From Acidobacteriota bacterium (GTDB lineage: Bacteria > Acidobacteriota > UBA6911 > RPQK01 > JADFOI01): DNA of 30,132 bases. This document shows positions 16,608-25,227 of this stretch, piece by piece. The stretch spans positions 1 through 30,132 of the forward strand of contig JAPYTY010000001.1 in the NCBI GenBank assembly GCA_029942065.1, written 5' to 3'. The notes under the pieces are model-generated. The model worked only from the letters and a program-made list of their open reading frames with translations, was not told where the DNA came from and did not search any database. Every line of letters starts with the position of its first letter. Position 1 is the stretch's first letter. The position numbers and the translations under genes were made by a program.

Positions 16608-16956
16608 GATCAACTGCGGTTTTCCCCGGGAACAGCGGATTCGCAAGAGAAGGGAATTCCTGGCCGTTTACGAGCGAGGCAAGAGGGTTCAAGCGGCCTT
16701 TTTCGTTCTCTATATCCTGGAAAACAACCTACCCCATCATCGATTGGGGGTCACGGTTTCTCGAAAAATAGGGCCATCGGTAGTCCGGAATCGCATCAAG
16801 CGCCAACTACGGGAAGTCTTCAGAAGGAACAAGCGAGCCATTTCCCCGCCCTGCGACGTGGTTGTAAACGCCAGGCGCTCTGCTGCCATTTCCTCCAGTT
16901 GTCAAATCAAGGGGGATCTACTTGGGGCGTTTGACCGGTGGAACCAGAGGCGGTAA
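16600..16956 (+). CDS. rnpA: RNase P protein component
   Basis: [41 protein letters not shown] (RNR motif). Confidence 0.97.
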   Translation: MDEINCGFPREQRIRKRREFLAVYERGKRVQAAFFVLYILENNLPHHRLGVTVSRKIGPSVVRNRIKRQLREVFRRNKRAISPPCDVVVNARRSAAISSSCQIKGDLLGAFDRWNQRR

Positions 16957-17172
16957 ATGAGACACTTCGTCCTACTCCCCATCAGGATGTACCAGTGGGT
17001 CGCAGGTAGCACCTTACCCCCTGCCTGCCGATTTTATCCGTCCTGCTCGGAATACGCGCACCAGGCAGTCACCCGGTTTGGGGCCAGCTACGGCCTTTAT
17101 CTGGGAGCGAGAAGAATCCTGCGCTGCCACCCCTGGCACAGGGGTGGCTTCGACCCCATTCCAGAAAAATAA
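16957..17172 (+). CDS. yidD: Membrane protein insertion efficiency factor
   Basis: CRFYPSCSEY, RILRCHPW..GGFDP; canonical position between rnpA and yidC. Confidence 0.96.
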   Translation: MRHFVLLPIRMYQWVAGSTLPPACRFYPSCSEYAHQAVTRFGASYGLYLGARRILRCHPWHRGGFDPIPEK

Positions 17173-17181
17173 AAAGAGAAC

Positions 17182-18879
17182 ATGGCCATCCGGGACCCCA
17201 ATGAAATGGATATGGAAAGGCGACTGCTGCTCGCCATGGTTTTATCCATGGCGGTCTTGTTTTTAGCATCGTATTGGTATCAGCCGCCCCCCCCACCCAT
17301 GCAATTCCCCGAGGGGCCCACCGAGGTGACTGAGTCGACGGAAGAGGCGGGAGAGTCCCTCGCTCCGGCGAAGCCCCTCTTGCCACAAGCACCCGCTACC
17401 ACAGCGAATCGGCAAACGATCGAGATGGAAAACGACCAGCTAATTTTGCGCTGGAGCAATATGGGGGGCGTTTTGGAGAGCGCGCAACTGAAGCTTTCAG
17501 CGGAAGAGGCTCCCCTGGAAATCATTCCGCAGGGCCTGGATGAATCGCAGAGGCAAGTCCTTGGAGTCCGCGTCGGAGACGAGGAGTTGGACCGCAGGTT
17601 GGCCTCGGCCATCTATGAAATCGAGGGTGCGGTCGGGGGAAGTCGCCGCGCGCCAGCCGAGATCAGTTTTGTTTATCGGGACGAAGACCTTGAGGTGATG
17701 CGCCGCATCCGACTTCCCGAATCCGGTTATCTACTGGAGATGTCGACGGAAGTACGCGCGGGAAACCGCAGCATCCCTTTTTCCGTGCTGCTGGGTCCGG
17801 GGATTGGAGAGGTGGTAGCGGAGGCGCAAGGAGATTTCGGGGATCGCGAGGTGGCCTTTTACCTCAATGGTTCCGTGGACCGGTTGGCTGCGGGTGATGT
17901 TGAGGAGGCCCCTGTTCAAATGGGCCCCGGTGCCCACTGGCTTGCGATGGACAGCAAATTCTTTGCCGTCGCAGTGCTCCCCTCCGGCGGCCTGCAGGGC
18001 GCCCGAGTTACCCAGGGAGAGTTTTTCGGGACGACACCCGACGGGGAGACGGAGGCCGCGCCTTTACTGACAGCAGAGGTGAACCTGGAGCAGGGATCAG
18101 AATACCGAGTGTTCATTGGCCCCAAAATTTTTGAATTACTGCAGGACACTGATCCAACCCTGAGCGCGATTATCGACTACGGCTGGCTTTCGGTGCTGGT
18201 GAGGCCGCTGGTGCTGAGCCTCCAGTTCGTCCACGGCTACGTGGGCAACTACGGCTGGGCGATTATTATCCTCACTTTCATCATCAATCTGGTGCTGTTT
18301 CCGGTTCGTTACAAGCAGATGGCCTCGATGAAGAAGATGTCGGTGCTCCAGCCTCAGATCAAGGCCATCCAGGACAGATACAAGCGCATGAAACGAACCG
18401 ACCCTCGCCGCTCCAAAATGAACGAAGAGGTGATGGGCTTATACAAGGAACACGGAGTCAACCCGCTAGGGGGATGCCTGCCGCTGGTGATCCAGATGCC
18501 TTTTCTGTTCGCTTTTTACCAGATGCTGTATTCCTCGATCGAGTTGCGCGGCGCGCCTTTTATTGGATGGATCACGGATTTATCCCAGCACGACCCCTAT
18601 TACGTGACTCCCATCTTGATGGGGGTGAGTATGGTCGTTCAACAGAAGATGACACCGGCGACCGGCGACGCCACCCAACGCAAGATGATGATGGCCCTTC
18701 CCGTCGTTTTCACTTTTTTCTTTTTAAATTTCTCAAGTGGCCTGGTCCTTTATTTTCTGTTCAGCAACCTGTTTGGTATGATGCTCCAGGTTGGCTTTCG
18801 GAGGCTCAATCCGGAGTTAGCAACAGCGCCAGCCAAACAGAAATCCGAAAAGAAAAAAGCGAAGGAACCTGAGGCATGA
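17182..18879 (+). CDS. yidC: Membrane protein insertase YidC
   Basis: N-terminal TM plus periplasmic domain; IDYGW, NYGWAIIILT, GVNPLGGCLP, ELRGAPFIGWITDLS, GLVLYFLFSN. Confidence 0.97.
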   Translation: MAIRDPNEMDMERRLLLAMVLSMAVLFLASYWYQPPPPPMQFPEGPTEVTESTEEAGESLAPAKPLLPQAPATTANRQTIEMENDQLILRWSNMGGVLESAQLKLSAEEAPLEIIPQGLDESQRQVLGVRVGDEELDRRLASAIYEIEGAVGGSRRAPAEISFVYRDEDLEVMRRIRLPESGYLLEMSTEVRAGNRSIPFSVLLGPGIGEVVAEAQGDFGDREVAFYLNGSVDRLAAGDVEEAPVQMGPGAHWLAMDSKFFAVAVLPSGGLQGARVTQGEFFGTTPDGETEAAPLLTAEVNLEQGSEYRVFIGPKIFELLQDTDPTLSAIIDYGWLSVLVRPLVLSLQFVHGYVGNYGWAIIILTFIINLVLFPVRYKQMASMKKMSVLQPQIKAIQDRYKRMKRTDPRRSKMNEEVMGLYKEHGVNPLGGCLPLVIQMPFLFAFYQMLYSSIELRGAPFIGWITDLSQHDPYYVTPILMGVSMVVQQKMTPATGDATQRKMMMALPVVFTFFFLNFSSGLVLYFLFSNLFGMMLQVGFRRLNPELATAPAKQKSEKKKAKEPEA

Positions 18880-19340
18880 AGACGGAGAAGGAAAAGCGGA
18901 TCGCTCGGGTGACGAGCTTTGTAAAAGAACTTCTGGCGGCGGCTGAGCTGGATCTGGAGTTCCGCTGCGATGCCGAGGACCAAGGGATGACGGTGCATCT
19001 CTACGGGCACGATGTCGGCCTGGTTTTAAATAGCGGCGCCCGCCTCCTGTATGCCATCAATCACATCCTCAACCGGGCGTTTTACGAACCGGGGACGGAG
19101 GCCTTCAATCTGCTCGTTGACTGCAATGACTACCGCAGCAGGCGAGCCGAAGAACTCGAGGGGTTGGCCCGAAAGGCCGCCGAGGGAGTGAAGGAGTCCA
19201 GCGAGCCCTACCTTTTTGACCCGATGCCTGCGAGCGAAAGAAGGATTGTCCATATCACCCTGGCCGAAGAGCCGGGAGTCATGACCGAGAGCGAGGGCAG
19301 CGGTCTGGAGCGGCGGGTGGCGATCTTCCCAGCAGGGTAG
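18876..19340 (+). CDS. jag: Short Jag/EloR (KhpB)-like KH-R3H RNA-binding protein lacking the N-terminal Jag domain
   Basis: DCNDYRSRR, PMPASERRIVH (R3H), TESEGSGLERRVAI; position between yidC and mnmE. Confidence 0.88.
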   Translation: MKTEKEKRIARVTSFVKELLAAAELDLEFRCDAEDQGMTVHLYGHDVGLVLNSGARLLYAINHILNRAFYEPGTEAFNLLVDCNDYRSRRAEELEGLARKAAEGVKESSEPYLFDPMPASERRIVHITLAEEPGVMTESEGSGLERRVAIFPAG

Positions 19341-19342
19341 CC

Positions 19343-20719
19343 GTGACCTCCATCGAAGAGGGAACCATTGTCGCGGTGGCGACTCCTCCTGGTAGAAGTG
19401 CGATTGCCCTGTTGCGCCTCAGCGGCAGTCAGGCAAGACAGCTTGTGGCACAGCAGCTCGAAAAGCCGACTTCAGGCAAGTGGATGGAGCGGCAGCCCTT
19501 TTTAGCGCGCTTTCTTGGCCCAGAAGGCCAACCCCTGGATCGAGCCCTGATAACCTTCTTTCCGGGTCCAGCTTCCTACACCGGCGAGGACCTAATCGAG
19601 ATTTCCTGCCACGGCAGCCCGGTTCTGGTTGAGGGGATCATGGGGGCCCTATTGCAGGGAGGGGCCCGCCTGGCCGAGCCCGGAGAGTTCACAATGAGGG
19701 CATTCCTGAACGGCAAGATGGATCTGGCTCAGGCGGAAGCGGTACGGGATCTGGTGGAAAGCCGAACGGCGTTTCAGGCTAGGGTAGCTGCCGAGCAACT
19801 GGACGGCAGGCTGTCCCGCAGGCTTCGGCCTGTCAAGGAAAGGATCGTAGCCACCCTTTGCCAGATGGAGACGGCGCTGGAGTTCGTTGAGGATGAGGTA
19901 AGCACGGAAGACCGGTCTCGGCTGATCGGGGAGATCGAAGAAGCGGATCGACAGCTAAGGGAATTGGAGGAGAGCTTTCAGCTGGGGAAGCTGGTTCAGG
20001 CTGGGATCAGCGTCTTGATCACCGGGCGCACTAATGCAGGTAAATCGAGTGTTTTCAATGGTTTACTGCTGGACGACAGAGCCATCGTGACTGACATTCC
20101 GGGCACGACTCGCGATGCCCTCACCGAGACCATTGACCTGGAAGGCATCCCGGCCCGGCTGGCCGATACGGCGGGCATCCGGGAGGCCACCGATCCGGTC
20201 GAGCGGTTGGGTGTGGAGAAATCGCTGGAGTATTTACGTCAGGCAGACCTGGTCCTGTTCGTGATCGACCAGTCGATTCAGTTCAATCAGGAAGACCAGT
20301 ACATCTGGGAGAGGGTGCGGGGGCATCCGTGTGTGCTGGCGCTCAACAAGGAAGATTTACCGGCCCGGGTTGAGATTCCCCTTGACCTCGAGAGGGTTTG
20401 CACGGAAACGGTCCGGGTTTCGGCGCTGAAGCACACTCATTTCCAGCAACTCAAGTCGGCCTTGCTGAGAGCGGTGACCCAGGAGCGACAAGTGGCGAAC
20501 GAGGGGGCGATGGTAACCAACCTTCGACACAAGCAGTGCCTCGAGAAGGCACGTGGGCATTTAGAGAAAGGCCTGGGTGCGTATCAGGGAGGGATGAGCG
20601 AGGAGTTTCCTCTTTACGACTTCCGAAAGGCGCTCACTGCCCTGGGGCAGATCACCGGGGAGACCACAACCGAGGATATACTCGGTCAGATCTTTTCCAC
20701 CTTCTGTATCGGAAAATAG
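19343..20719 (+). CDS. mnmE: tRNA modification GTPase MnmE
   Basis: ATPPG, SYTGED, CHG, GEFTMRAFLNGKMDL, GRTNAGKSS, PGTTRD, DTAGIR, NKED, C-terminal FCIGK. Confidence 0.98.
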   Translation: MTSIEEGTIVAVATPPGRSAIALLRLSGSQARQLVAQQLEKPTSGKWMERQPFLARFLGPEGQPLDRALITFFPGPASYTGEDLIEISCHGSPVLVEGIMGALLQGGARLAEPGEFTMRAFLNGKMDLAQAEAVRDLVESRTAFQARVAAEQLDGRLSRRLRPVKERIVATLCQMETALEFVEDEVSTEDRSRLIGEIEEADRQLRELEESFQLGKLVQAGISVLITGRTNAGKSSVFNGLLLDDRAIVTDIPGTTRDALTETIDLEGIPARLADTAGIREATDPVERLGVEKSLEYLRQADLVLFVIDQSIQFNQEDQYIWERVRGHPCVLALNKEDLPARVEIPLDLERVCTETVRVSALKHTHFQQLKSALLRAVTQERQVANEGAMVTNLRHKQCLEKARGHLEKGLGAYQGGMSEEFPLYDFRKALTALGQITGETTTEDILGQIFSTFCIGK

Positions 20720-20722
20720 CAG

Positions 20723-20748
20723 GGGCGCTCATGGAGCGCCCACCACAA
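20723..20748 (-). repeat. REP-like palindrome
   Basis: Reverse complement TTGTGGTGGGCGCTC-CAT-GAGCGCCC, in the mnmE/parB convergent gap. Confidence 0.65.
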
Positions 20749-20840
20749 TGGGCTTGCCGCCTGGTCAGAAGGCGTACGCTTGTACGCATGCCTTGAGGTT
20801 TTGAGGTGGCCTGCGCGAGACCCGTTCCGCGGTTGCCCAA

Positions 20841-21695
20841 CTAACCCGGCTGACACGACATCAGGGCCTGGTAGAGGTGGTCGAGCTCCGCCTGGGAATG
20901 AAAGTAAAGAGCTATTCGCCCTCGACCCTTGCGGAGTTGAATTTCGGCCCGAGTTTTCCAGAGCTCTTCGAGTTTCCTTTCGGCGGCCAGGACGTCCGGG
21001 TCTTTAGCTGGCCCCGGCGACGACGCGGGCTTTTGGAAATCCTGGACGCGGCGCTCCACCTGCCGGACTGAAAGGCCAAGCTCGACGATTTGCTGAGCCA
21101 GAAGCAGCTGCTCTTTCTTGGGAAGGGGGATGAGTGCCCGGGCGTGCCCCATCGAAAGGGTGCCACGAACCACCTCTTTCTGGATAGAAGGGGGCAGCTG
21201 TAAAAGGCGAAGGGCGTTGGTGACCGCCGTGCGACTGCGACCCACCCGTTGTGCCACCCGCTCCTGAGTGAGCCCAAACTGGTCGATGAGCAATTGGTAG
21301 GCATGGGCCTCTTCAACCGGGCTGAGTTCATCGCGCTGGATGTTTTCGACCAGGGCCATCTCCAGCATTTTTTCATCGGAAACTTCCTGGGCGATAGCCG
21401 GAATTGTTGTGAGTCCCGCCTTCTTGGCGGCGCGCCAGCGACGCTCTCCAGCCACAATTTCGTAATCGTTGTCGGCCTGCCGCACCACAATGGGTTGGAT
21501 CACCCCGTTTTCCTTGATGGACGCCGCCAACTCTTCCAGCTTGCTCGGTTCAAACGCCATCCGGGGCTGAAGGGCGTTGGGGTGGACCTGCTCCAAGTGC
21601 AACTCCAGTAAAATTGAATCGGGGTGACCCTCCGAAGCGGGCGGAAGCTGTGGAAGAAGAGCGTCTAATCCTTTGCCCAGGGCTTGTCTTTTCAT
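20841..21695 (-). CDS. parB: Chromosome partitioning protein ParB (Spo0J)
   Basis: LGKGLDAL, GVIQPIVVR, IVAGERRWRA (GxRR CTP motif), ALVENIQRDEL, HTH GRSRTAVTNALRLL. Confidence 0.97.
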   Translation of the reverse strand: MKRQALGKGLDALLPQLPPASEGHPDSILLELHLEQVHPNALQPRMAFEPSKLEELAASIKENGVIQPIVVRQADNDYEIVAGERRWRAAKKAGLTTIPAIAQEVSDEKMLEMALVENIQRDELSPVEEAHAYQLLIDQFGLTQERVAQRVGRSRTAVTNALRLLQLPPSIQKEVVRGTLSMGHARALIPLPKKEQLLLAQQIVELGLSVRQVERRVQDFQKPASSPGPAKDPDVLAAERKLEELWKTRAEIQLRKGRGRIALYFHSQAELDHLYQALMSCQPG

Positions 21696-21699
21696 AACG

Positions 21700-22509
21700 T
21701 CATGAGGTCAGTCCAAGTGAAAGGGGTTCGTGGGTAGGCGGTTGGGCCAGCGGCTTGCCCAGGATCTCCCGAGCCAGTTCCAGGTAGCTGTCTGCGCCCT
21801 TGGAGCGGGCAGCGTAAAGCAGGATCGGTTGGCCAAAGCCAGGAGATTCTGCCAGTCGGACGTTGCGCGGAACGACGGTCTTGAAGACCTGATCTCCAAA
21901 ATAGCCGCGTACGTCCTGACGAATCTGACTGCAAAGATTCAACCGATCGTCATGCATGGTCAGGAGGACGCCCTCGATTTCCAGCCTGGGGTTCAAGCTC
22001 CGTTGAACCCGGCGAAGAGTGTCCATCAACTCAGAGAGGCCTTCCAGGGCGAAAAACTCGCATTGAACGGGCACCAACAGTGAATCGGCAGCCACCAGGG
22101 CGTTAATGGTGAGAATTCCCAGGGCCGGCGGGCAATCGATCAGGATAAAGTCATATTGTTGCCCAAAAGACTCCAAGGCGCGCTTCAACCGGAATTCCCG
22201 CCATGGGGCCTCCAGTAATTCAACGGTGGCCCCGATAAGGGCCGGGGTGGAAGGGAGCAACTGCAGGGAATCAAGTGCGGTCGAACAAAGGGCTTCATTC
22301 GGTTCCGCGGTTTCGGCCAGAAGCTCGTAAATAGTGTCTCCAAGCGTGCTTTTATCGATTCCGAACCCAGAGGTGCAGTTTCCCTGTGGGTCTAAGTCCA
22401 CGATCAGTACCCGCAAGTCGGCCGCGGCCAGAGACGCCCCCAGATTGATGGCGGTGGTGGTTTTTCCGACTCCGCCCTTTTGGTTTGCGATTGCGATCGT
22501 TTTTGCCAT
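21700..22509 (-). CDS. parA: Chromosome partitioning ATPase ParA (Soj)
   Basis: NQKGGVGKTTT deviant Walker A, DLDPQGN, IDCPP, PVQCEFFALEG, PRNVRLAESP. Confidence 0.98.
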   Translation of the reverse strand: MAKTIAIANQKGGVGKTTTAINLGASLAAADLRVLIVDLDPQGNCTSGFGIDKSTLGDTIYELLAETAEPNEALCSTALDSLQLLPSTPALIGATVELLEAPWREFRLKRALESFGQQYDFILIDCPPALGILTINALVAADSLLVPVQCEFFALEGLSELMDTLRRVQRSLNPRLEIEGVLLTMHDDRLNLCSQIRQDVRGYFGDQVFKTVVPRNVRLAESPGFGQPILLYAARSKGADSYLELAREILGKPLAQPPTHEPLSLGLTS

Positions 22510-22566
22510 CGATTCGGGGTCAGGCTAGCACGGAGGGACGACACCGTTGCCGGTTTTCGACTCATA

Positions 22567-22582
22567 TGTTTCACGTGAAACA
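22567..22582. promoter_or_regulatory. parS centromere-like site
   Basis: TGTTTCACGTGAAACA, a perfect match to the widespread 16-bp parS consensus, 58 bp upstream of parA. Confidence 0.93.
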
Positions 22583-22757
22583 TCCCTGGCCTCCAGGGCT
22601 GACCGCCTGGCGGCAAGAGAAGCGTGCTTTGCACGCGGAGAAGCTCCTCGCTGCCGCCCGGAGTGGAAAAACGCGTCGTTTGGCCCGTACGATGCATCGC
22701 ACGGACTATTCTCCGCGTGGAGAATAGTCCAGTATTGGATTTCGGCGCTCTCGCCAG

Positions 22758-22783
22758 TTGTAGCGGCCGGCCTATGAGCGGCC
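22758..22783 (+). repeat. GTAG-type REP-like element (forward copy)
   Basis: TTGTAGCGGCCGGCCTATGAGCGGCC; 23/25 identical to the inverted copy at 22990-23014. Confidence 0.7.
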
Positions 22784-22989
22784 CTCCGGATTCGGAACGC
22801 TGAGGCGTCTCCCACATTTAGCGAGATCCATAGAACCCTAGAGCAATGGATGTGTAAAGGCGCACAGGCGTGCACCCACAAGGCGAACTTTATCAATGAC
22901 TTATGCAGGACGCTCTCGGTGCGGGCCTCTTGCTGCAGTCAGTAGGCCACACACCCAGCGTCCTTTCATTCCAGGGCTTGGCCTCCCTA

Positions 22990-23014
22990 GCCGCTCATAG
23001 AGCGGCCGCTACAA
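22990..23014 (-). repeat. GTAG-type REP-like element (reverse copy)
   Basis: Reverse complement TTGTAGCG-GCCGCTC-TAT-GAGCGGC. Confidence 0.7.
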
Positions 23015-23081
23015 GTCAGTCGGCACATCCATTTGGAAGGAGCTGCCGAAGGAACGCCCCTGCTTAAAATTCTGGAATAGC

Positions 23082-23113
23082 TTCGAATTTGGGACTTCGA
23101 ATTTCGGATTTTC
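23082..23113 (+). repeat. Heptamer-periodic repeat downstream of mnmG
   Basis: TTCGAAT TTGGGAC TTCGAAT TTCGGAT TTTC; inverted copy at 25094-25125 (28/32 identical). Confidence 0.75.
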
Positions 23114-23150
23114 TATCAAGATGGCAGCCGCCGCAAACCTTTGCCAGTTG

Positions 23151-25013
23151 TCACCCTTTCCTCAAGTCCAGGTAAACGTTCAGGATAGAAACAGCTGCGG
23201 GAGTGATGCCGGGTATTCTGGAGGCTTGGCCCAGGCTGTCGGGCTGAACCCGAAGCAGCCGCTCCACGACTTCCCGGGAAAGGCCCGGAACGTCTCCATA
23301 GTTGAAGCCTGATGAAATTCGCCTGCCTTCCAGCGATCGTAGTCGATCGGAATCGCGCAATTGCTGGAGGATGTAGCCTTCATACTTGATTTGAGTTTCG
23401 ACCACATGGCGCTCTTCGCTGTCCAGGGCCAGTCCCTGCCCCTCGAAAAAGCCGCCCAGATTCTCAATGCCGACCTCGGGCCTTTTCAGGATCTGGCTCA
23501 GGGAGGCCCCCAGTTTGACGCCGAATCGCTGGCGGAAGTCGGATGAAAATGGGTCAAATTTGTTTAAATGCTTTGTTTTCAATAAGTTACAAGCCTTATC
23601 GATTCGCAGCCATTTCTTTTGAAAGGCGCGATAGGTCCTTTCGGGGACCAATCCAACCTGGAAGCCATGGGGCATCAACCTCCGGTCCGCGTTGTCGATT
23701 CTGAGCAGGAGGCGGCATTCGGCTCGCGAGGTGAACATGCGATAGGGCTCATCGACCCCTTGAGTCACCAGATCATCGATCAGAATACCGATGTAGGATT
23801 CCGCTCGATTCAAAAGCAGCGGCTCTTTGTCCTGGGCCTTCAGGGCCGCATTGATGCCGGCCACCAGGCCCTGAGCGGCGGCCTCCTCGTAGCCTGTCGT
23901 GCCATTGATCTGGCCGGCTAGAAAGAGCCCTGCCACCTTTCGGACCTCCAGGCTGGCATGCAATTGAGTGGGTTGGACGAAATCGTATTCAACCGCATAA
24001 CCAGGCCGAATCACGACCGAGCCTTCAAGCCCCACGACGCGATCCAGCAGGGCGCGCTGCACGTCCATCGGCATGCTGGTAGAAAGCCCATTGACGTAGA
24101 TCGCGTTGGATTGCAGGCTTTCCGGTTCGAGAAAGAGCTGATGCCGCTCTCGATCGGGAAACTTGACGACCTTGTCCTCAATCGAGGGGCAATAACGAGG
24201 GCCGATCCCCAGAATTTCTCCTCCGTAAAGAGGGCTCCGGTGCAGATTACTCCGAATCACCTGGTGCGCTCCCGGGTTGGTGTGGGTAATCCAGCAAGAT
24301 ACTTGTTGGTGCTGGACCTCACGGCTACCGAAGGAAAAGAAGGTGGGAACTTCATCTCCGGGCTGAACTTCAAGGCCGGAGAAGTCAATCGAGCTCCGTT
24401 CCAGTCGCGGCGGGGTGCCTGTCTTCAGTCGGCCTACCTCCAGATTCAAATCCCGGATCGACTTCGCCATGGAGAGGGAGGCCTTTTCCCCTGATCTTCC
24501 CGCCATGAATTTGTGCTCACCCACATGACACAAGCCATTCAAAAACGTTCCCGTGGTCAGGATCAGGGTAGAACAGTCGATGCGTTGGCCGCTGGCTGTC
24601 TCGATAGCCACCAAGCGATCTTTTCGGCGCAAAATCGCCGCCACCTCCACTTCCTCCACCGTGAGATTGTCCTGTGCGGCCAGGAGCCTTTGCATCTCAA
24701 TGCGATAGAGTTCCTTGTCGCATTGGACCCGGGGCGCCTGAACGGCGGGGCCACGGCTGCGGTTCAGGAGGCGGAACTGGATGCCCGTTCGGTCGGCCAC
24801 CTGACCCATCACGCCCCCGAGAGCATCGATCTCCCTGACCAGGTGACCCTTGGCGATGCCGCCCACCGAAGGATTGCAGGACATCTGAGCAACCATGTTC
24901 CTGTTGAGGGTGAACAGTCCGGTCCTGGCGCCCAGGCGCGCCGCGGCTATTGCCGCCTCACAGCCGGCGTGCCCGCCGCCGATCACGATCACATCGTAGC
25001 GTCCCGCACCCAT
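23151..25013 (-). CDS. mnmG: tRNA uridine-5-carboxymethylaminomethyl(34) synthesis enzyme MnmG (GidA)
   Basis: GGGHAGCEAA, MSCNPSVGG, RLKTGTPPRL, GPRYCPSIEDK, GQINGTTGYEEAAAQG, YRMFTSRAE. Confidence 0.98.
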   Translation of the reverse strand: MGAGRYDVIVIGGGHAGCEAAIAAARLGARTGLFTLNRNMVAQMSCNPSVGGIAKGHLVREIDALGGVMGQVADRTGIQFRLLNRSRGPAVQAPRVQCDKELYRIEMQRLLAAQDNLTVEEVEVAAILRRKDRLVAIETASGQRIDCSTLILTTGTFLNGLCHVGEHKFMAGRSGEKASLSMAKSIRDLNLEVGRLKTGTPPRLERSSIDFSGLEVQPGDEVPTFFSFGSREVQHQQVSCWITHTNPGAHQVIRSNLHRSPLYGGEILGIGPRYCPSIEDKVVKFPDRERHQLFLEPESLQSNAIYVNGLSTSMPMDVQRALLDRVVGLEGSVVIRPGYAVEYDFVQPTQLHASLEVRKVAGLFLAGQINGTTGYEEAAAQGLVAGINAALKAQDKEPLLLNRAESYIGILIDDLVTQGVDEPYRMFTSRAECRLLLRIDNADRRLMPHGFQVGLVPERTYRAFQKKWLRIDKACNLLKTKHLNKFDPFSSDFRQRFGVKLGASLSQILKRPEVGIENLGGFFEGQGLALDSEERHVVETQIKYEGYILQQLRDSDRLRSLEGRRISSGFNYGDVPGLSREVVERLLRVQPDSLGQASRIPGITPAAVSILNVYLDLRKG

Positions 25014-25093
25014 GAGAGAGAATTATAAACCAACCTGACCCTGACCACTGACTCGGATTTCGCAAAAATTGTCTATTGGGGCGGCGCCTGGCT

Positions 25094-25125
25094 GAAAATC
25101 CGAAACCCGAAGTCCCAGATCCGAA
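25094..25125 (-). repeat. Heptamer-periodic repeat upstream of mnmG (inverted partner of 23082-23113)
   Basis: GAAAATCCGAAACCCGAAGTCCCAGATCCGAA. Confidence 0.75.
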
Positions 25126-25227
25126 ACAAAGCCAAGATCGCCAGCTCGAAACGAGAGAGGGCTTGCCCCTCCGTGAAACCTGAAACGAACTGGCCGCAGG
25201 CCAGTGCTCATGCGTTATAATGGGCGG

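Noticed and set aside
20021-20050. MnmE G1 motif GRTNAGKSS lacking the usual Pro
   Set aside because: GxxxxGKS is intact and all other motifs are normal; a minor variant.
22525-22896. 123-aa minus-strand ORF where rsmG would be expected
   Set aside because: No SAM-binding or RsmG motif; it runs through parS and a REP copy.
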